DNA of 64,000 nt from Cycas panzhihuaensis (Eukaryota; Plantae; Cycadophyta): NCBI GenBank assembly GCA_023213395.1, contig CM041465.1, positions 203,181,741 to 203,245,740 of the forward strand, given 5' to 3'. The position numbers and the translations under genes are program-made. Under the pieces are notes generated by a model, which was given only the letters and a program-made list of their open reading frames with translations, made no database searches and had not been told where the DNA came from. Below are positions 25,124 through 39,010 of this stretch, in pieces; position 1 is the stretch's first letter; each line of letters begins with the position of its first letter.

Positions 25124-28100
25124 ATTGTTAATCTACTTTAGTCCATAAATAGTAGTGTAGGAGTTCCACATCTATCATTTTAAAAGATGTATATAATGCT
25201 TATTTTGTATTTTGAATCATTTCCTTATTGTTACCAATAATAAGTAAGTCATCGATATCTAAGATAATTATGGTGAATTTTTCGTCTTTTATCTTGTGGA
25301 TATACATGCTTAGGGTTGCTTCAAATCTAGTGAATCTATTCTATTTTAAGTGTCAATCAATTTTATCATATTAAGATCTTAGTGCTTATTTAAGACCATA
25401 TAAGTTTATATACTAAATATTCTTCTCTTTTCTTTATATACCTAAAAGGTTGTTCCATATACAATTCTTCTGTCATGTTTAAATCTAGGAAAGCACCTTT
25501 TACATCTATTTAATAAACTTTCCATCTGTGTTGGGCTACAATTATAAGAACAATTATGATAGTTATCAATTTTGAAGTTCAAGTGAAAGTTTCTTCATAG
25601 TTAATTCCCTTCGTTTGAATGAAACCAAGGGTGACTAATCATGCTTTATATTTTTCTACTATCCTATTTATTTTTTCTTTTATTTTCAAGACCCACTTAC
25701 ATACTGCAATTGGTTTATTAATAAGAGGTTTAATTGGGTCCTAAGTATTATTTCTATTGATTCTTTTAATTTCTTCATTCATGAATTTTGTCCATCTTTC
25801 ATCTTTATTAGCTTCTTCATAAGTTTGCAATTCAGTATTATAAATAAGTGTTGAGTTTGCCTCCTAGTTCTACCCCTTTCTAGGCCTTCTACATTTTGAA
25901 TTCCAAATTCTTACATTGTTTTCAAGTACCACTTTGGTAACCCTTTTTGTAGGAGTGATTGTTTGATTTTGGTTACTGACCTAATTATTATCCTAGACTT
26001 TTGTTGGTGCTTTTAGATATTCAAGCAATTCTACTTGCTATATTAATTTCTCTTCTTATGTCTTGTTGTTTATCATCTTATTGTATTTCAATTAGGTTTT
26101 TATATAAAGATTTATCAAGTGTTATATCTTTTTTTTTATAATTATTTTGTTTATGTTTAAATCCATACATCTATATGTTTTGGACTTTTCACTATATCAT
26201 ATAAGAATATATCCGAGACACTTGTTAGCTAATTTCTTCTGCTTCTCATTTGGTACATGCACATAGGTTGTTCAATTGAAGACCCTTCAATGTCATATGT
26301 TTAGCTTCCTCTCTATCCAGGGTTCTTGAAGTGCCATTCCTTCTAGGGATTTAGTAAGACTTCTATGAAGAAGATGTGTTATATTTATACTTTCTACCTA
26401 ATATTTATTTAAAACATTTCTTCCATTTAAAATAGTTATGGGCATTTTACTAATGGTCCTATTTTTTCATTGTGTTACTCCATTTGATTGAGTGTATATA
26501 CTGGTGAGTTATTTTTTGATTCCATGAGACTTGTAATACTTATAGAAGACATTGCAGGTGAATTCTCCTCTATTATCTATTCTCAGTACTTTGAATTTTC
26601 TTTCACCTTCTCTTTTGACCTATGCTTTAAATTCTTTGAAGACGTCAAAGGCATCATATTTAGTTTTGAGGAAAAAAATATAGATTCTCCTAGTTTAATC
26701 ATCAATAAAAGTTAAATAATATTTTTCTTGTTCAATAGAAACTAAAGTAGTAAGTTTATAGATATTACTATGTATTAACTCTGGTTTTATTTGGGATCTC
26801 TAAGTGCTCTAGTAAAACTTAAGCCTATTTTATTTCCATAACATATACCCTTTGCATACATTCTAGGCCTTCGGTATAGATGGATGAACTTTTATCATGT
26901 TTTAATGTTTGAGTTGAGAAAGATATATTTTATTATTATTCTCAACATGATTTAGAAAAGGAACCTATATGGCAGGAGTTGCCATATATTAATATAGGGC
27001 ATTTTCTATTATCCTTTTTCTTATAACTTCATAATTTTCATCTTTGATATGGTATTTATTACCTTCAAATATCACTTTAGGATTTTTCTTAGTCATATGG
27101 GATATGGATATAACACATTGTTGAGCTTTTTTATTTTTCCATCTATCATTACCAAAATAATCCCCTCTCCCTAAATGGGAGTGATTAGTATTATCACCCA
27201 ACTTGATTGTGGCTCTAGCTTCATAGTGGTTGATTTTTTTGAACCAATAAAAACTTGGATGTCATGTGTTTGGAGGCTTTAGAATCAATGCACCAATTAT
27301 GTTTTTTATACAAGTTGTTTGACAATGTTACAACAAACATCATTTCTTTATTGTCTTCTTTCTCTTCATTATAATTCCTTGCAACCCTCTTATTTCAAGT
27401 AAAATCAACCTTTATGTTCCTATAATCTTTGGGGAAATGACCAATTTTACCACATTAATATCATATAATTATTTGAGTAGTGCTTATGTGGACTCTTTCT
27501 CCCCCTTGATTTATAAAACAACCCCTAGTTTGGGTTTATTTAAACCTTTCTTGCATTTTGACTTTAGATGTAAAAGCATCCTCTAAGTTAGTCTCTTCAA
27601 TATATTTTTACTTCCTTCATTCATGATATAATAAATATCTGCATAAAACATCAAAGGAGAGATTTTTAATATTTGGGATAAGTATAGAGTGGTTACAAAA
27701 TTTGTAAAGAATTTTGGTAGCTTGTTCAATACAAGCTGAACAAGTTATTTTTCAACAAGAATTACTCCTACGAAAGCTAGACTTTCATGTAGGTTTTTAA
27801 TCCTAGTAATAAAGCTTAGCACACTTTCATTTTCATTCATTTTGTTCCTGTATAAATCTTCCTTTAAAGAGAATATTCTAGCCACATTTTATTGAGTATA
27901 TAAGGTAGCTAAATGCTCCATGTTTTATAAGTAATATTGGATTCAGCTATATAGGGAAGAATATGATTAGCTATAGAAAGAGAATTTATAGTTAGAGTAT
28001 AACAATCTCATTCTTAAAAAATTCAAGCTTCCTCTAAATTGGTTAACTTTATAACTTTTTCCTGTATTTGTGCCCATGCCCATTTAGTAAAGAGGATTCT

Positions 28101-28180
28101 CTTGACTATTACTTTTCAGGTACTAAAATTATATCCTACTAATTTATCTTATTCTAGAAGTGAATAAATAGAAGTCATTA
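25124..28180 (-). pseudogene. Copia C gag-protease-integrase-RT, degenerate
   Basis: DKLVGYNFST Gag start; C..CGKIGHFPKDY knuckle; WCIDSKASKHMTS protease; DNRGEF and SPVYTQSNGV integrase; KYKA.LVTLGFIQ..GINYEETFT; WKVY.IDVKGAFL; DIDDLLI. Confidence 0.9.
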
Positions 28181-31099
28181 TAATATAAGCTAGGAAAATA
28201 AATTAAGCAAGTTTAACTTCTCCCTAAATACTTCCTATTTTATCTATTTCTAGCTCTCATAGTTAAGGTCATACCACCATGAGAAAAAGAGATCTAAAAC
28301 CCTCTGCCCCATCCATTTCACCATGGAACAAACCTACAAAAATGGTTATCTGAGAAAAAACATATAACCAAACACCTCTTCTTTTAGGGAACAAACTCCA
28401 TTCTAACACCTTATGAAATCAAAGTTTAAATTTTACACTATCAAAACTACCTTAATTTTTTTTCAAAGCATATCTGGTGACCACTTGTTGGAAAGTCCTA
28501 TGAGTTAGCCTCACAACGTAATTAACAATACTAAATTTCAATGTTGTATGAGGGAGATATAGTTATTTTATTAAGCATAAGTACCTTTTTTAGTGAAAAA
28601 GTTTTAATAAAAAAAAATAAAATTCACTTTATGAGTTGGCCCCTAGTCACATCCAAATGCCCATGTGACTATCCTAGGGGGCTAAATGGATTTTAAAACA
28701 TATTAAAAATATTTTAATATGATTCTCTAATGTTTTAAAACTTTGAAATATGAAAAATAAAATAAAATTGCCGAATAGGTAACTAATTTGCCTAATGCCA
28801 AAATATCATTATTATAGTCAAAACAGGGTTTAATCTTCTTAACAAAGACACTATATCCTTCTTAAAGTTGTCTAGATGGTAAGAAATCTATTTTCAACTA
28901 GCAATCAACTCATATTAGACCTTTTATATAATAAATACTTATAAAATCTTAATAACTAATTAATAAGTTCTCCTCCTACCATGTGGAGATTCTTCTATAC
29001 AAAAATATGCCACTATAATCACGTGCAATATAAAAAATTCAAACTCAACTTACTAATGAGGTGGCACCTAACAAATCCCAATCAACTTGAACTCTTTATT
29101 CCACTCTTATATTACTCACAAATTTCTTTCATAAAGTATAGGTTCTCTTAATCAACAAGCTATACTTTAAAGCCCTAACACACCAATATCTTCACATGAG
29201 CCAATGAACCATCTGCGACTCCAAACCATGCCATAATACCATCATTAATTTTAGCAAATATAGTAGAGGGTAAATTGTGGCCTTCTTACCACATCACTGG
29301 CTTTATAAGGTGATCATGTCTATATTTGGAGCCCCATTCTCAAACTCATATATAACACATGCATATATATTAGTAAAACATATAAATAACCAATATAAAA
29401 ATGAATTAGATAATGACAAACCTTAGCGGGATTGAAGGTGTAACTACAACACCTACACTCCAATTGAATTTTTATCCATAGGCACCAACATATTCCAAGT
29501 GCTATATTAGATGTAATTTAAAACTATCCATAACCTATAATAGAGCTTTGCTTAATAGATAAGTAAACCACCCCTCTCACTAGTCATAAATATGCATACT
29601 TAAAATAAGTTTAGAATAAACCCTTAACAGGTGGATATACTCATAGTATTATAGCCTAATTGTGGTTAAACTAGGGCTCTAATAACTTAGATCTAATAGA
29701 CTTAGAATTGATACTAAATGAAGAGATATAAAATATACACATAAATATTTTTTATACCAAACCATAAATATATATGTTAACACAAGTCCAAGATCATACA
29801 AGACTATGAAATATTAAAGCCAAACAGGTGAAATAAATAAAGAATAATATGTACAAATAAATAACACAAGCTACTTAAAGAAAATGACCACTTCCAATTA
29901 TGTTATATTAAACCAATATATATTTATAGTATATATCACCACCTAGTTGTTCAATCATAATTCAAGATCCACTTGGTAAATCAATGATTAATTATATAAA
30001 TAAGTGTATGTACTATGACCTCTTAATATACATCAAAGGTGTAATTACAAGAATTTAATATTTCCATAGGTTAACATTACCCGACATTCTATAAATTATA
30101 GATTTATATAGTTGTTTAGACTATATAGATTTGAATTTATTATAAAAAACCAAAATATATCTCAAATAGAAGCTCTCTTCGGCACCTCTCTATATCTATA
30201 GATAATTTTATGATATATGGTCTCATTTGAGAGAAAATATCTCTAAAAGTAAAAATGTTAACTAGGGTTTTCAAGAGATTTTACTCGTATCTTGAAAAAT
30301 ACTCAGTGAAATTTTAAAAACTTGGGCGACTAAGAGGAGATGGTAAGTGTCAAAACCTTGTGAGGGTTCCTGGATCAGTCTAGTTGCCATCACACCCTTA
30401 CAGTGGCACCTAGGCTTATGCAAGCCCCTCATTGGGTAAAAAGGAGACTTATTAAGTTGCCCTCCATCAAGTATATTTTGGTATAAATTATTTCATAAAG
30501 GACTCGGATGTCTAATCCCTATATTAAGCATAATTCTTTTGTGGGTGGTGCTCAACTCACCATTACTGATTACTATTTAAAAGAGGGAACATATTAGATC
30601 TAAGCCAAAATAGCCTCCCATTTACTACACTCATTACTCTCAGGGTTGCATGTTATTGCATGTTACTGCAAATGATTGCATAAGACATTTCCTCACTAAT
30701 CTACAACTATGGATCTTGGATAAGAGGTACGTAACTCTTATTCTATTTTAATCTTTTTCTTTAGTAGTTTATAGAGTGGTTTTCTACATTTCCCTAGTCC
30801 TTTGGACCTAATGGAGGAAGGTTCTACACCTATTCATAATAACAGGCAAGAATTGAGGTCCTAATCAATTTAAGCCTTGAAATCCCTTTAAGATCGCCTA
30901 TGAAAGAAACATGCACAACTTGGTTTATTAATTAATCAATAAAATAACCTCCTTAATGAAGTTCATGATTTCTTCCTCCTTAATCCACATGCATTGGTAA
31001 CTTAGTTCCATGTACCACAATATGAGAACTAGAACAATATCATAAATGAGAAACTCTTAAGCATATTACTGGGAATAGAGGACCATGAAACAAATACCA

Positions 31100-31760
31100 T
31101 TACTTTCCTGGTTGAAGACATTGAAAGCATTTACATCAAACTCTAGGCAAAATCTCTCATTAGTAAATTTAACAACCTATATCCCCCAATATGGTCTCTT
31201 GAAAAATGGGTAAAAGTGGTATGGATTACCATTCTATTGAGCAATGTCATATTAAACTAAAAGGAAAAAGCCTTTTTAGCATCTTCTTCTCAAATATAAT
31301 AGATCTAAAAAAGATTTTATATAGTGGTCTATGGTTCATGTGTAGGTTGGGTCTAGCTCTTCAACAATGGCCTCTTATATTTGACCCAAGCAATTCAAGG
31401 CCTTTAAAAATTTTAGTTTAGGTTAGATTACCATTCCTGCTTGATGAATTCAAAGAAAAGAAATGACTCATTAAATTTGATTCCATGCTAGGCAAGGTTA
31501 TCAAGTTGGACTTGAATACCTTAGATCACACTACTAGGGGTGTGGAAAAAGTGTGCATCGAGTTAGATATGACTAAACTACTTAAAGAACACCTAGTTAT
31601 TAAAGTTACAAATAGATTAATCAAAATTAATTTGGACTATGGAAGAGTCCCTTTCAAATACACTATATGCCATAATATTGAGCATGTGCAAAAAAAATTT
31701 CATCTATTTCAAGCCCCCTTAGCTTAGATCCTTAAAGAGATGAAGTCATTATGGATCAAA
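31100..31760 (+). pseudogene. LINE ORF1 core (DUF4283-like plus Zn-knuckle)
   Basis: FSIFFSN..DLKKILYSGLWF...LALQQW...FDP; VRLP; LGKVIKLD...KVCIELDMTK.L...LDYGRVPFK...CH..EH. Confidence 0.85.
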
Positions 31761-32264
31761 TGCTCCCTAGCTAGCCAACTATAAACTAGATCAATAGTGA
31801 GAAGGAGTAATTAGTAGGGAACAATCACAATACCAATGATGTAATTCCTTAAGTTCACATAGATATAGATAGTCATCAACAACATATGACCTTACCCCAA
31901 GTAAGAGAAGAAGATAGGTGGATATTTATTAATAATTGACTAAGAAATAAAGGCAAAGGTCACCTCATAAGTACTCAACCTCCTTAGCCAAATTTCAATG
32001 ATTCTAGAGATCAACTTAAGAAAAGGTTGAAGGCTATTACCCTTATCCAAGGATAAACATTTGAAGTCGTTGCTATATCTACTTCAAGGCACCTTCGAGA
32101 TAACTCAGTTGATATGCATATAGAGGAAGCAAAATCCCTGGATCACATCTTAAAAACTCAATGGTTAAGATCTCCAAATGTGAATGAAAATCAACTACAA
32201 TATCATATGCCCAATATCGTACCCAATTTAAATCTCTAGCTCATACCAATTCCTCCCAATCTAA

Positions 32265-35200
32265 TGGATAGAAATAATATTTCAACAATAGCTTAAAACA
32301 TCAAGGAAATTGGTCACCACCATTTTTGAAAATGCATTAAACTAAAATATATAGTTCAATATCATTAACCTCATATTTTTATTCTAAAAGAAACTCATAT
32401 CGTTTTAAAAATTAATATGATGTGCACAATCTATAGTATATGGCCTTCAGCCTAATGGAAAATAATTCTTTTAGATTGACCCATTGGAGGAGTCTATATT
32501 CTATGGAATAACTAATAGAAGATTCTTCACTGCATCATAAGGCCATTTTAAGATTAGCTATATTTGAAAATAGAAAAGGATCAATTTGTTTACTGGGTCA
32601 TCAGGGTTTATGCCTCTGTTGATATCCATATTAGATACAATTCATGGCAAGCTCTGGCAGGTGCTCTAAATAACAATTAGATAGACTATGACTACATTCT
32701 ACTTTTAGGGGACTTCAATTTTATGGAATCTCCTACTAACAAAATAGGCAATAATTTCAAAAGACCTTATCAAAAAGGTAATTCATCCTTTGCTATCCTT
32801 AAAGACACATTGAATCTTTTTTAACTTCCTTGGAAGGGGCCTCTAAATTTTATATAGACTAACAATCGATAGGGAAGCAGTCTTATAGATGAAAGATTGG
32901 ATAGAGCCTACACATCAAATTCTCCTATCCTTCTCATTGCTCATTATAATACATTTTAGTAAATATAGCTATTATTTCTAATAACATTCCTACCAAGATC
33001 TAACTTTCCATTGCAGTTTATACATCTAATATAAGGAAGACAATTTTTAAATTCAACACAAGTTTGCTCAAACTTAAGGACTTGAGATTTACTCTCCAAT
33101 AATGGTAGGTTGACTTGTATAACAGTTTAAACCATATATACAGCACTGGTACTTGGTGGATGATGATTATGAAAGGCCTAAAATCTCACATCAAGTTGTT
33201 TGGAAAAGAATATAAACGTCAATTTGAGGAATGAGGGGAACCATGCTACTTAGAATTCATGATATGCAAAAGGAATTTGAAGATGAAAAAGGTTCACCTA
33301 ATCTTCAATCCAAACTCCTTGATCTAAATGACTAATTTCTCCTAATCTAAAAATATGAAGCAGAAAAATAGAAAGCATGGTCTAATCTTCAATGGGAACT
33401 TCACACAGATCAGAACTTAAAATTTTTCAATCATTACACTAAAGGCGTACAACATTAATGGTCTCTTGAGTGTTTATAGGTCTCTCCTATAAAGATCATG
33501 TATTCGTGCTATAAAATTTAAGAAGACATATTCTATCACTTTAATCTATTATGGACTACATAGGGCTTCTCCCTTACTAGGGCTTGAGTTGTATAAATCA
33601 TCCTCTCCAAAGTAAATCTTATCATGAGGAGTGTTGCAAGAATCTCAATGACTCTCCTAGTAGACCAATCATCAAGGAGGAAATCTACAAAATTATGACA
33701 AACATCCCTCAAGGCAAATCCCCTCGCCTAGACAAAATGCCTATTGAGCTCCTATTGTCTATTGATTTTGATGAGGTGCCTCAACTTATAATATATGTAG
33801 TAGAAGAGGATCATAACATAGGTAAGATGCACCTAGCTATTAATGTGACCATGGTCTTCTTAGTTCCAAAAAGTGGTATTTGGTCCACCATCCATCAATG
33901 GGGACCCATTAGTCTCTATAATACCACTTATAAGATAATAGTAAAAGTCCTAGCCAGTCAGCTTAAAGTTTTCCTTCCTTAAGTAGTTAATGAAAATCAA
34001 ATTACCTTCATCAATGGCCAACATATAGAAAATAGTATAACTATGATTATTAAGGCTTCATACTATATATATAAAAAGGTAACAAGTAGCCGTACTTAAA
34101 TTACATATCAACAAAGCTTATGACATAGTGGAATAGGACTTTCTCCTTGCCATTCTCCTTTGAAAGGGGTTACAAATAAACCATATTAGCTAGATTAAAG
34201 CCATGATCTCCTCAATTTTAATGGCCATAAAAATTAGTGGCTTATTTGATTATCTTATCTATATAAGTAAAAGGATTTACTAGGGCTGACCTTTATCTCC
34301 CTATCTATTTGTAATCACTATGGATAGTCTCTGTTCTTTATTAGAAAGGATCTAGTTAATGGGTCTTCTCTAACATGTTTAAAGTAATAAAATTAAGGGT
34401 ATGATGCACTAGATCTTCAATGATAATAGAATTTTGTTGGGCTAACACTCATATTTAGAAATTAGCGTCTAGAGCCAAGCCCTCAATTTTTTTGGTCTCA
34501 CAATAAGGATGGTAATTAATCACAGTAAATCTAGTATCATATTTAATGAAATAGATATAAAGAGTAATCCACTTTGACAATAATCCTTAGAGTTCTAATC
34601 ACTCCTAAATCCACTATCTTCAAATACTTAGGCATTCCTATGGGCCTTCCTAGAGTGAAAATTATTACTTAGCATCCTTATATTTTGAAAATCAAGAATA
34701 ATCTAGACTCATGGCCAACTAGATCTCTTAATCTAGTAGGTCGATGGAGTCTATAGAATTGACCTTAATGCAAATTCCTAATTACCTAATGTCTATTATT
34801 CAAGCCCCCAAAGTAGTTCTCTCTGCAATATGAAGTTTGTTCACAAGATTCCTCTAAAAACCTTAGACAATTGAAGCAAAGTCACTCTACCCAGTGAAGT
34901 AGAGCATGGTATCAGATCATAAGGGATGAGGTGTCTAGATCTTAAAGACCCTTTTATTATGGTGAAGGTCATAAGGGCCAAGCAGTTGTAGGATCTCTAT
35001 AACAAAGAAAATAATAAATGGGCTTACATTATCAAGGAGGAAATATTATTTCACTCATACTACTAAATAACAACTAATCGCCTGTAACCACTTAAATAAA
35101 GGTTCCATAATTTAGAATCATATGGTTATAACTTAGGACAATCTTCACTATACTATTGTATACTCTTTAGGCTTAGTAGGTCTTCAAGTCAACTTTTGGA

Positions 35201-36140
35201 CTGATAAATGGTTACCTCTAGGGTATCCTCTGCTTGTCAATTAAGAGGAATTTGCATCATTCACTCAGTTCTTTAGCTCTCATAATTGGCATACTATGGC
35301 TCAGTTCTATAATTTTGATTAGCTTTGTTGGAAGGATTGTGTTGATCTTGTAACAGGGATCAACCCTCAGCCTAAACCTTGGCTCCTCTAAATAGCTAAT
35401 AGACTCAACTTTCTCCTATAGTAAGTAGACCCTCTTTAGGCTATAATAGATTTAACGAGAGAGGAAGGCCTCAGGTTCCTTTCTAGGGGTTAAGTTTTAG
35501 AGTCCATAGAATTCTACTACATGTTACATAGCCAGCAATATTACCATGTTCAACTTCAAGATGAATGAGGATGGATTTGGTGGAAACCAACTCAATCCAA
35601 ATATAATATGTTTCACTAGAGAATTCTACATAAGGCCTTTATTTTTTAGAACATGTGGGATTATTAGAATATTAGTCATGAATCTTCTTATCTAAAGTAT
35701 GGTGCTTAAAATGATAACTTTGATCATATTTAGTGGCACTACCCCTCCAATCTAGGATATTTAGTATACCTCCTTTTAGATCTTTAATCTGGACCAATGC
35801 TTCACTAAAATCTGAGATGGTCACTTGTCTCTTTATTCTTGGCTAATTCAAAGAAGCTAGACTATGAATTATATTTGGTTTGCTAGTCACCACCATCTAA
35901 TAGACCTTTGGCTCCTTCTCAAGAGCATCATTTACAAAATTAAAAAAATTTGTACATAATTTTATTTTAAAAAAGAAGTACCCTTCGTTAACTATACCTT
36001 TGGCAATATAAGAAAGGAAATCCTATTATGGCTATCCCATAATCCTTATTTTATTTCTCTTTGTAAAAATCTTTAGAAAAACCTTCATAAAGATGATGTT
36101 ATTTTTAGTGTGTTACATGTAAAAGACTAGGTAAGTACAT
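32265..36140 (+). pseudogene. LINE ORF2 (APE endonuclease, RT, zf-RVT)
   Basis: IFILKETH, VYAS, LLGDFN, ERLDRA (APE); GKSPRLDKMP, WGPISLYNTTYKIIVKVLA, INKAYD, PLSPYLF, FKYLGIPM (RT); VNFWTDKW; W.WK...KYNMF and DNFDHI (zf-RVT). Confidence 0.9.
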
Positions 36141-38859
36141 CTTTGTGACTTAATAGGTACTCCATCCACTTGTATTACATTTGATTTTCTAATTTAATGA
36201 TATTCATTTTTACGTAAAAAAAAATAGAAACTTATACTCAATATATAGATCTGGTTAAGATAAAGAGATCAAGATTAATTTCAAAAAAGAATACTCAAAA
36301 TCTAAGATGAAATTTCCTCTAGAAGATTTAGGGTCATGCCCCTCTTTATCCTTTGATATCTACTAACAAAGACTAAATCCAGTAAAGCAAATATGATATT
36401 TTAAATCCTTGTTTTATGACAATTTAAAAAAAAGAGCACTTTTGATTCTAGGTTATACTTATCCATATAGATTTATCTAATAGCCTATATAATCAACCAT
36501 ATACTCTTCAAAAGACTTTGAAGCCTCTAAAAATAGTCCCTTGAGTTCTTCCTCAAACCCTCTATTATACCATGAAGATAATCTAAAGAATACTCAATTA
36601 TTTACATTGATAAGAATATACATAAATACAAAGAAATGTACTCTACATGGGTGATAAGTGTCCTTTATGTATAGAATGAGGTTTATGAGACATAACCCTT
36701 AATTGTTAAACATTATTATAAACTATTTGCTTGGGATTTAGGTGGTCCTAAATGAAATAGCCCTTTTGTAGGGAGAAGGGGTATAAAGGAAGAACTAGAC
36801 AACATGTAACAAAATAATTGTTTAGTTACTCAACAAATGACATGGTATAATTTTGACTTGAAATGCAACTTGAGAAAGTAACATGAGAAGGTTAAGATAA
36901 ACCTAAATGAAGTTGTGACAATAAAGGTTTGACTCACATGTTGATTTCTTTATGTTTGTGTTTTGAGAGAAATAGAGAATGGGATATAAGAAGAGGGGAG
37001 GAATTAGAGAAGAAATTTTATAAGATCTTCATTACTTCTTCTATATCCCTTGGTATGTTGAATTAGTATTCTCTAAGATTTGAGTATTTGTGCTTAATCA
37101 TACCTTACTTCACACATTGACTTATCACCAAGTGTGCTTTAGCTAGTAATGATAGCTCCTAGCTAGGGGCCTTGCTTAACCACCCTAGAAAATCCTTATG
37201 GGTCTCCTTATATCTCCACCTATGTGAAAAGGTTACTGCTCTATTTATATCTCCTTAACTCCCCTTACCCAATAAACCTATTGTGTGTCAATGCTGTTTT
37301 GATGATTGATGCGATATATAAAGATGACAGTCTTCATGGATATTATTTTTGTTGTAGGTGAGTTGGAAAAATGCGCTCAAGCATATATAATTAATGGATG
37401 TAATTGGAATGGTTCACATAAGTAATCCAAGCAAGAATACAAGTCTACCCTATGCTAATCATACCAGGTAAGTTACAAAAATAAAACATGTAGATTCATA
37501 CAAGTAAACCTACTAAAAAGAAATAGGGAAAATAAAGGGTTTAAGCCACAAGTGTACTTACACTTGTATTTCCTCTATAACTATATAAGAATTTGAAATA
37601 AACAATTTAACATGCAAACTAAATGAAAATATCAAGGAGTCAAAGATAGAAATGAAGGGGTTTACCCTTTGAGAGGCCTCTTGGTCATGTTTTCTTACTT
37701 GGTGTTTCTTTATCTTTATAGGTTTTCTTTAGGATGCTTCTTATCTTATGTCAAGGGAATTTTAATTAGGTCTTAAGAAAAAAACCCCTTAGAGATTGGA
37801 AAAAAACTAAAGAAAACACCATAAATAGAGAGACAGTTACATAAAGAGGACATTAATTGAGTCCTCTTTATTATGATAAACCATGATAAAAGAGCTTAAA
37901 GAAAGGAAATAAAGTTCTAAGTATGAAAAATGTAATATAAACCAAGATACAAAATGAAAAAATATTAAGTATTATTATACCTATGTATGGAAGTGGTGGG
38001 CACATCAGAATTCTCAGAATCATGCTTCAAGGATATATTAATCCACTTATAAGTCCTAGTAAGAAAATAAGAGGTGAGGAAAATAAGTAAGTAATTAAAA
38101 TCAATTGACACAAGTAGAATGACATAATCAAGAGGAGGCCTCCCCATTTCAAGCTCAATCATGAATGATCATGAATGCTAACAATGTAGAGAGCAATAAA
38201 TTTAAAGAAAATGATACAAAAATATATAAGAGATGAAAGAGACCATAAACAATCATAAGTAATAATAGCTACAACTAGTTTCTCATAAGCAAATGAGAAA
38301 ATTAATGGTAAATTAAGTTTCTTAAACTAGGAGAAAATAAGATCTAATTAATTTGTAAACAATCTTGAATAAATAAGCATATAAATATCGGCCTAGAATA
38401 ATCATTTTTTGCTAGAAATTAGAATGTATAATATGACAAAAAAGAGAAAGAAGTAATACATAAGGGAGAGAAAAGGGACCCCAAAGCAATAAAATGTTAA
38501 GGGGTTATGCATTTTCTCTCTGACTTAACTAAATTACTTCATAATCACCACAAAAAATTGATCATAAGCATGTAAAGAAACCTCTAAGACTAGCACACAA
38601 GATAAATCAAGCATATAGGAAGACAAGAAGGCAAAAGAAAACAAGAGTAATAGTAAGTCTCAAAATGTCTAAAATTCAAAATTCTAATGCCAAATGAGCT
38701 TATGGGATTTTATAGAGTTCTTAGAATATGGTTTCTGTTAGAAACCCATGTGTATTATACCCATAATATTGTAATGTTACATTTGGCATGATTAAAAAAA
38801 CTAAAATAAAACATAAAATGAAGCAAAGAATTTAAGGTTTTTTCATTTTTAGAACAATG

Positions 38860-39010
38860 TAGAAATTTGACATGGTGGCCCTATCAAAATTATAAGAACC
38901 CCATCAGAATTGTAGAGGCACCATTAAACAATTTGATAGTATATTTTGGTTTATAAAAAAAATTGCAATACCATCAAAAATTTGATAGTGCTATCAAATG
39001 ATATTGGTAG
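38860..39010. repeat. Array of short palindromic ccatcaaa/tttgat(g/a)g motifs
   Basis: Several alternating-orientation copies, e.g. accatcaaaaatttgatagtgctatcaaat. Confidence 0.6.

Larger units (their letters stand above)
30175..36224 (+). mobile_element. Full-length (~6 kb) L1-clade LINE, decayed, inserted in the leader of Copia C
   Basis: ORF1 and ORF2 remnants in LINE order. Short poly(A) at 36216-36224. Candidate TSD aaatagaagct (30164-30174) / aaatagaaact (36222-36232). Confidence 0.9.
19989..36752 (-). mobile_element. Ty1/Copia LTR retrotransposon C, host of element D and the LINE
   Basis: Short LTR 19989-20168 (ends tcctaaca, followed by a degenerate PPT complement) aligns with 36573-~36752 (tttacattgataagaat, aagtgtcctt, ggtttatgaga), which is preceded by PBS-like ...tatacca. 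Complete gag-PR-IN-RT-RH remnants. The right boundary and TSD are not resolved. Confidence 0.75.

Noticed and set aside
36753-37340. tgaaatagccc... as the terminal LTR of Gypsy H
   Set aside because: Plausible, but the partner LTR would lie outside the window and no PPT or boundary could be fixed.
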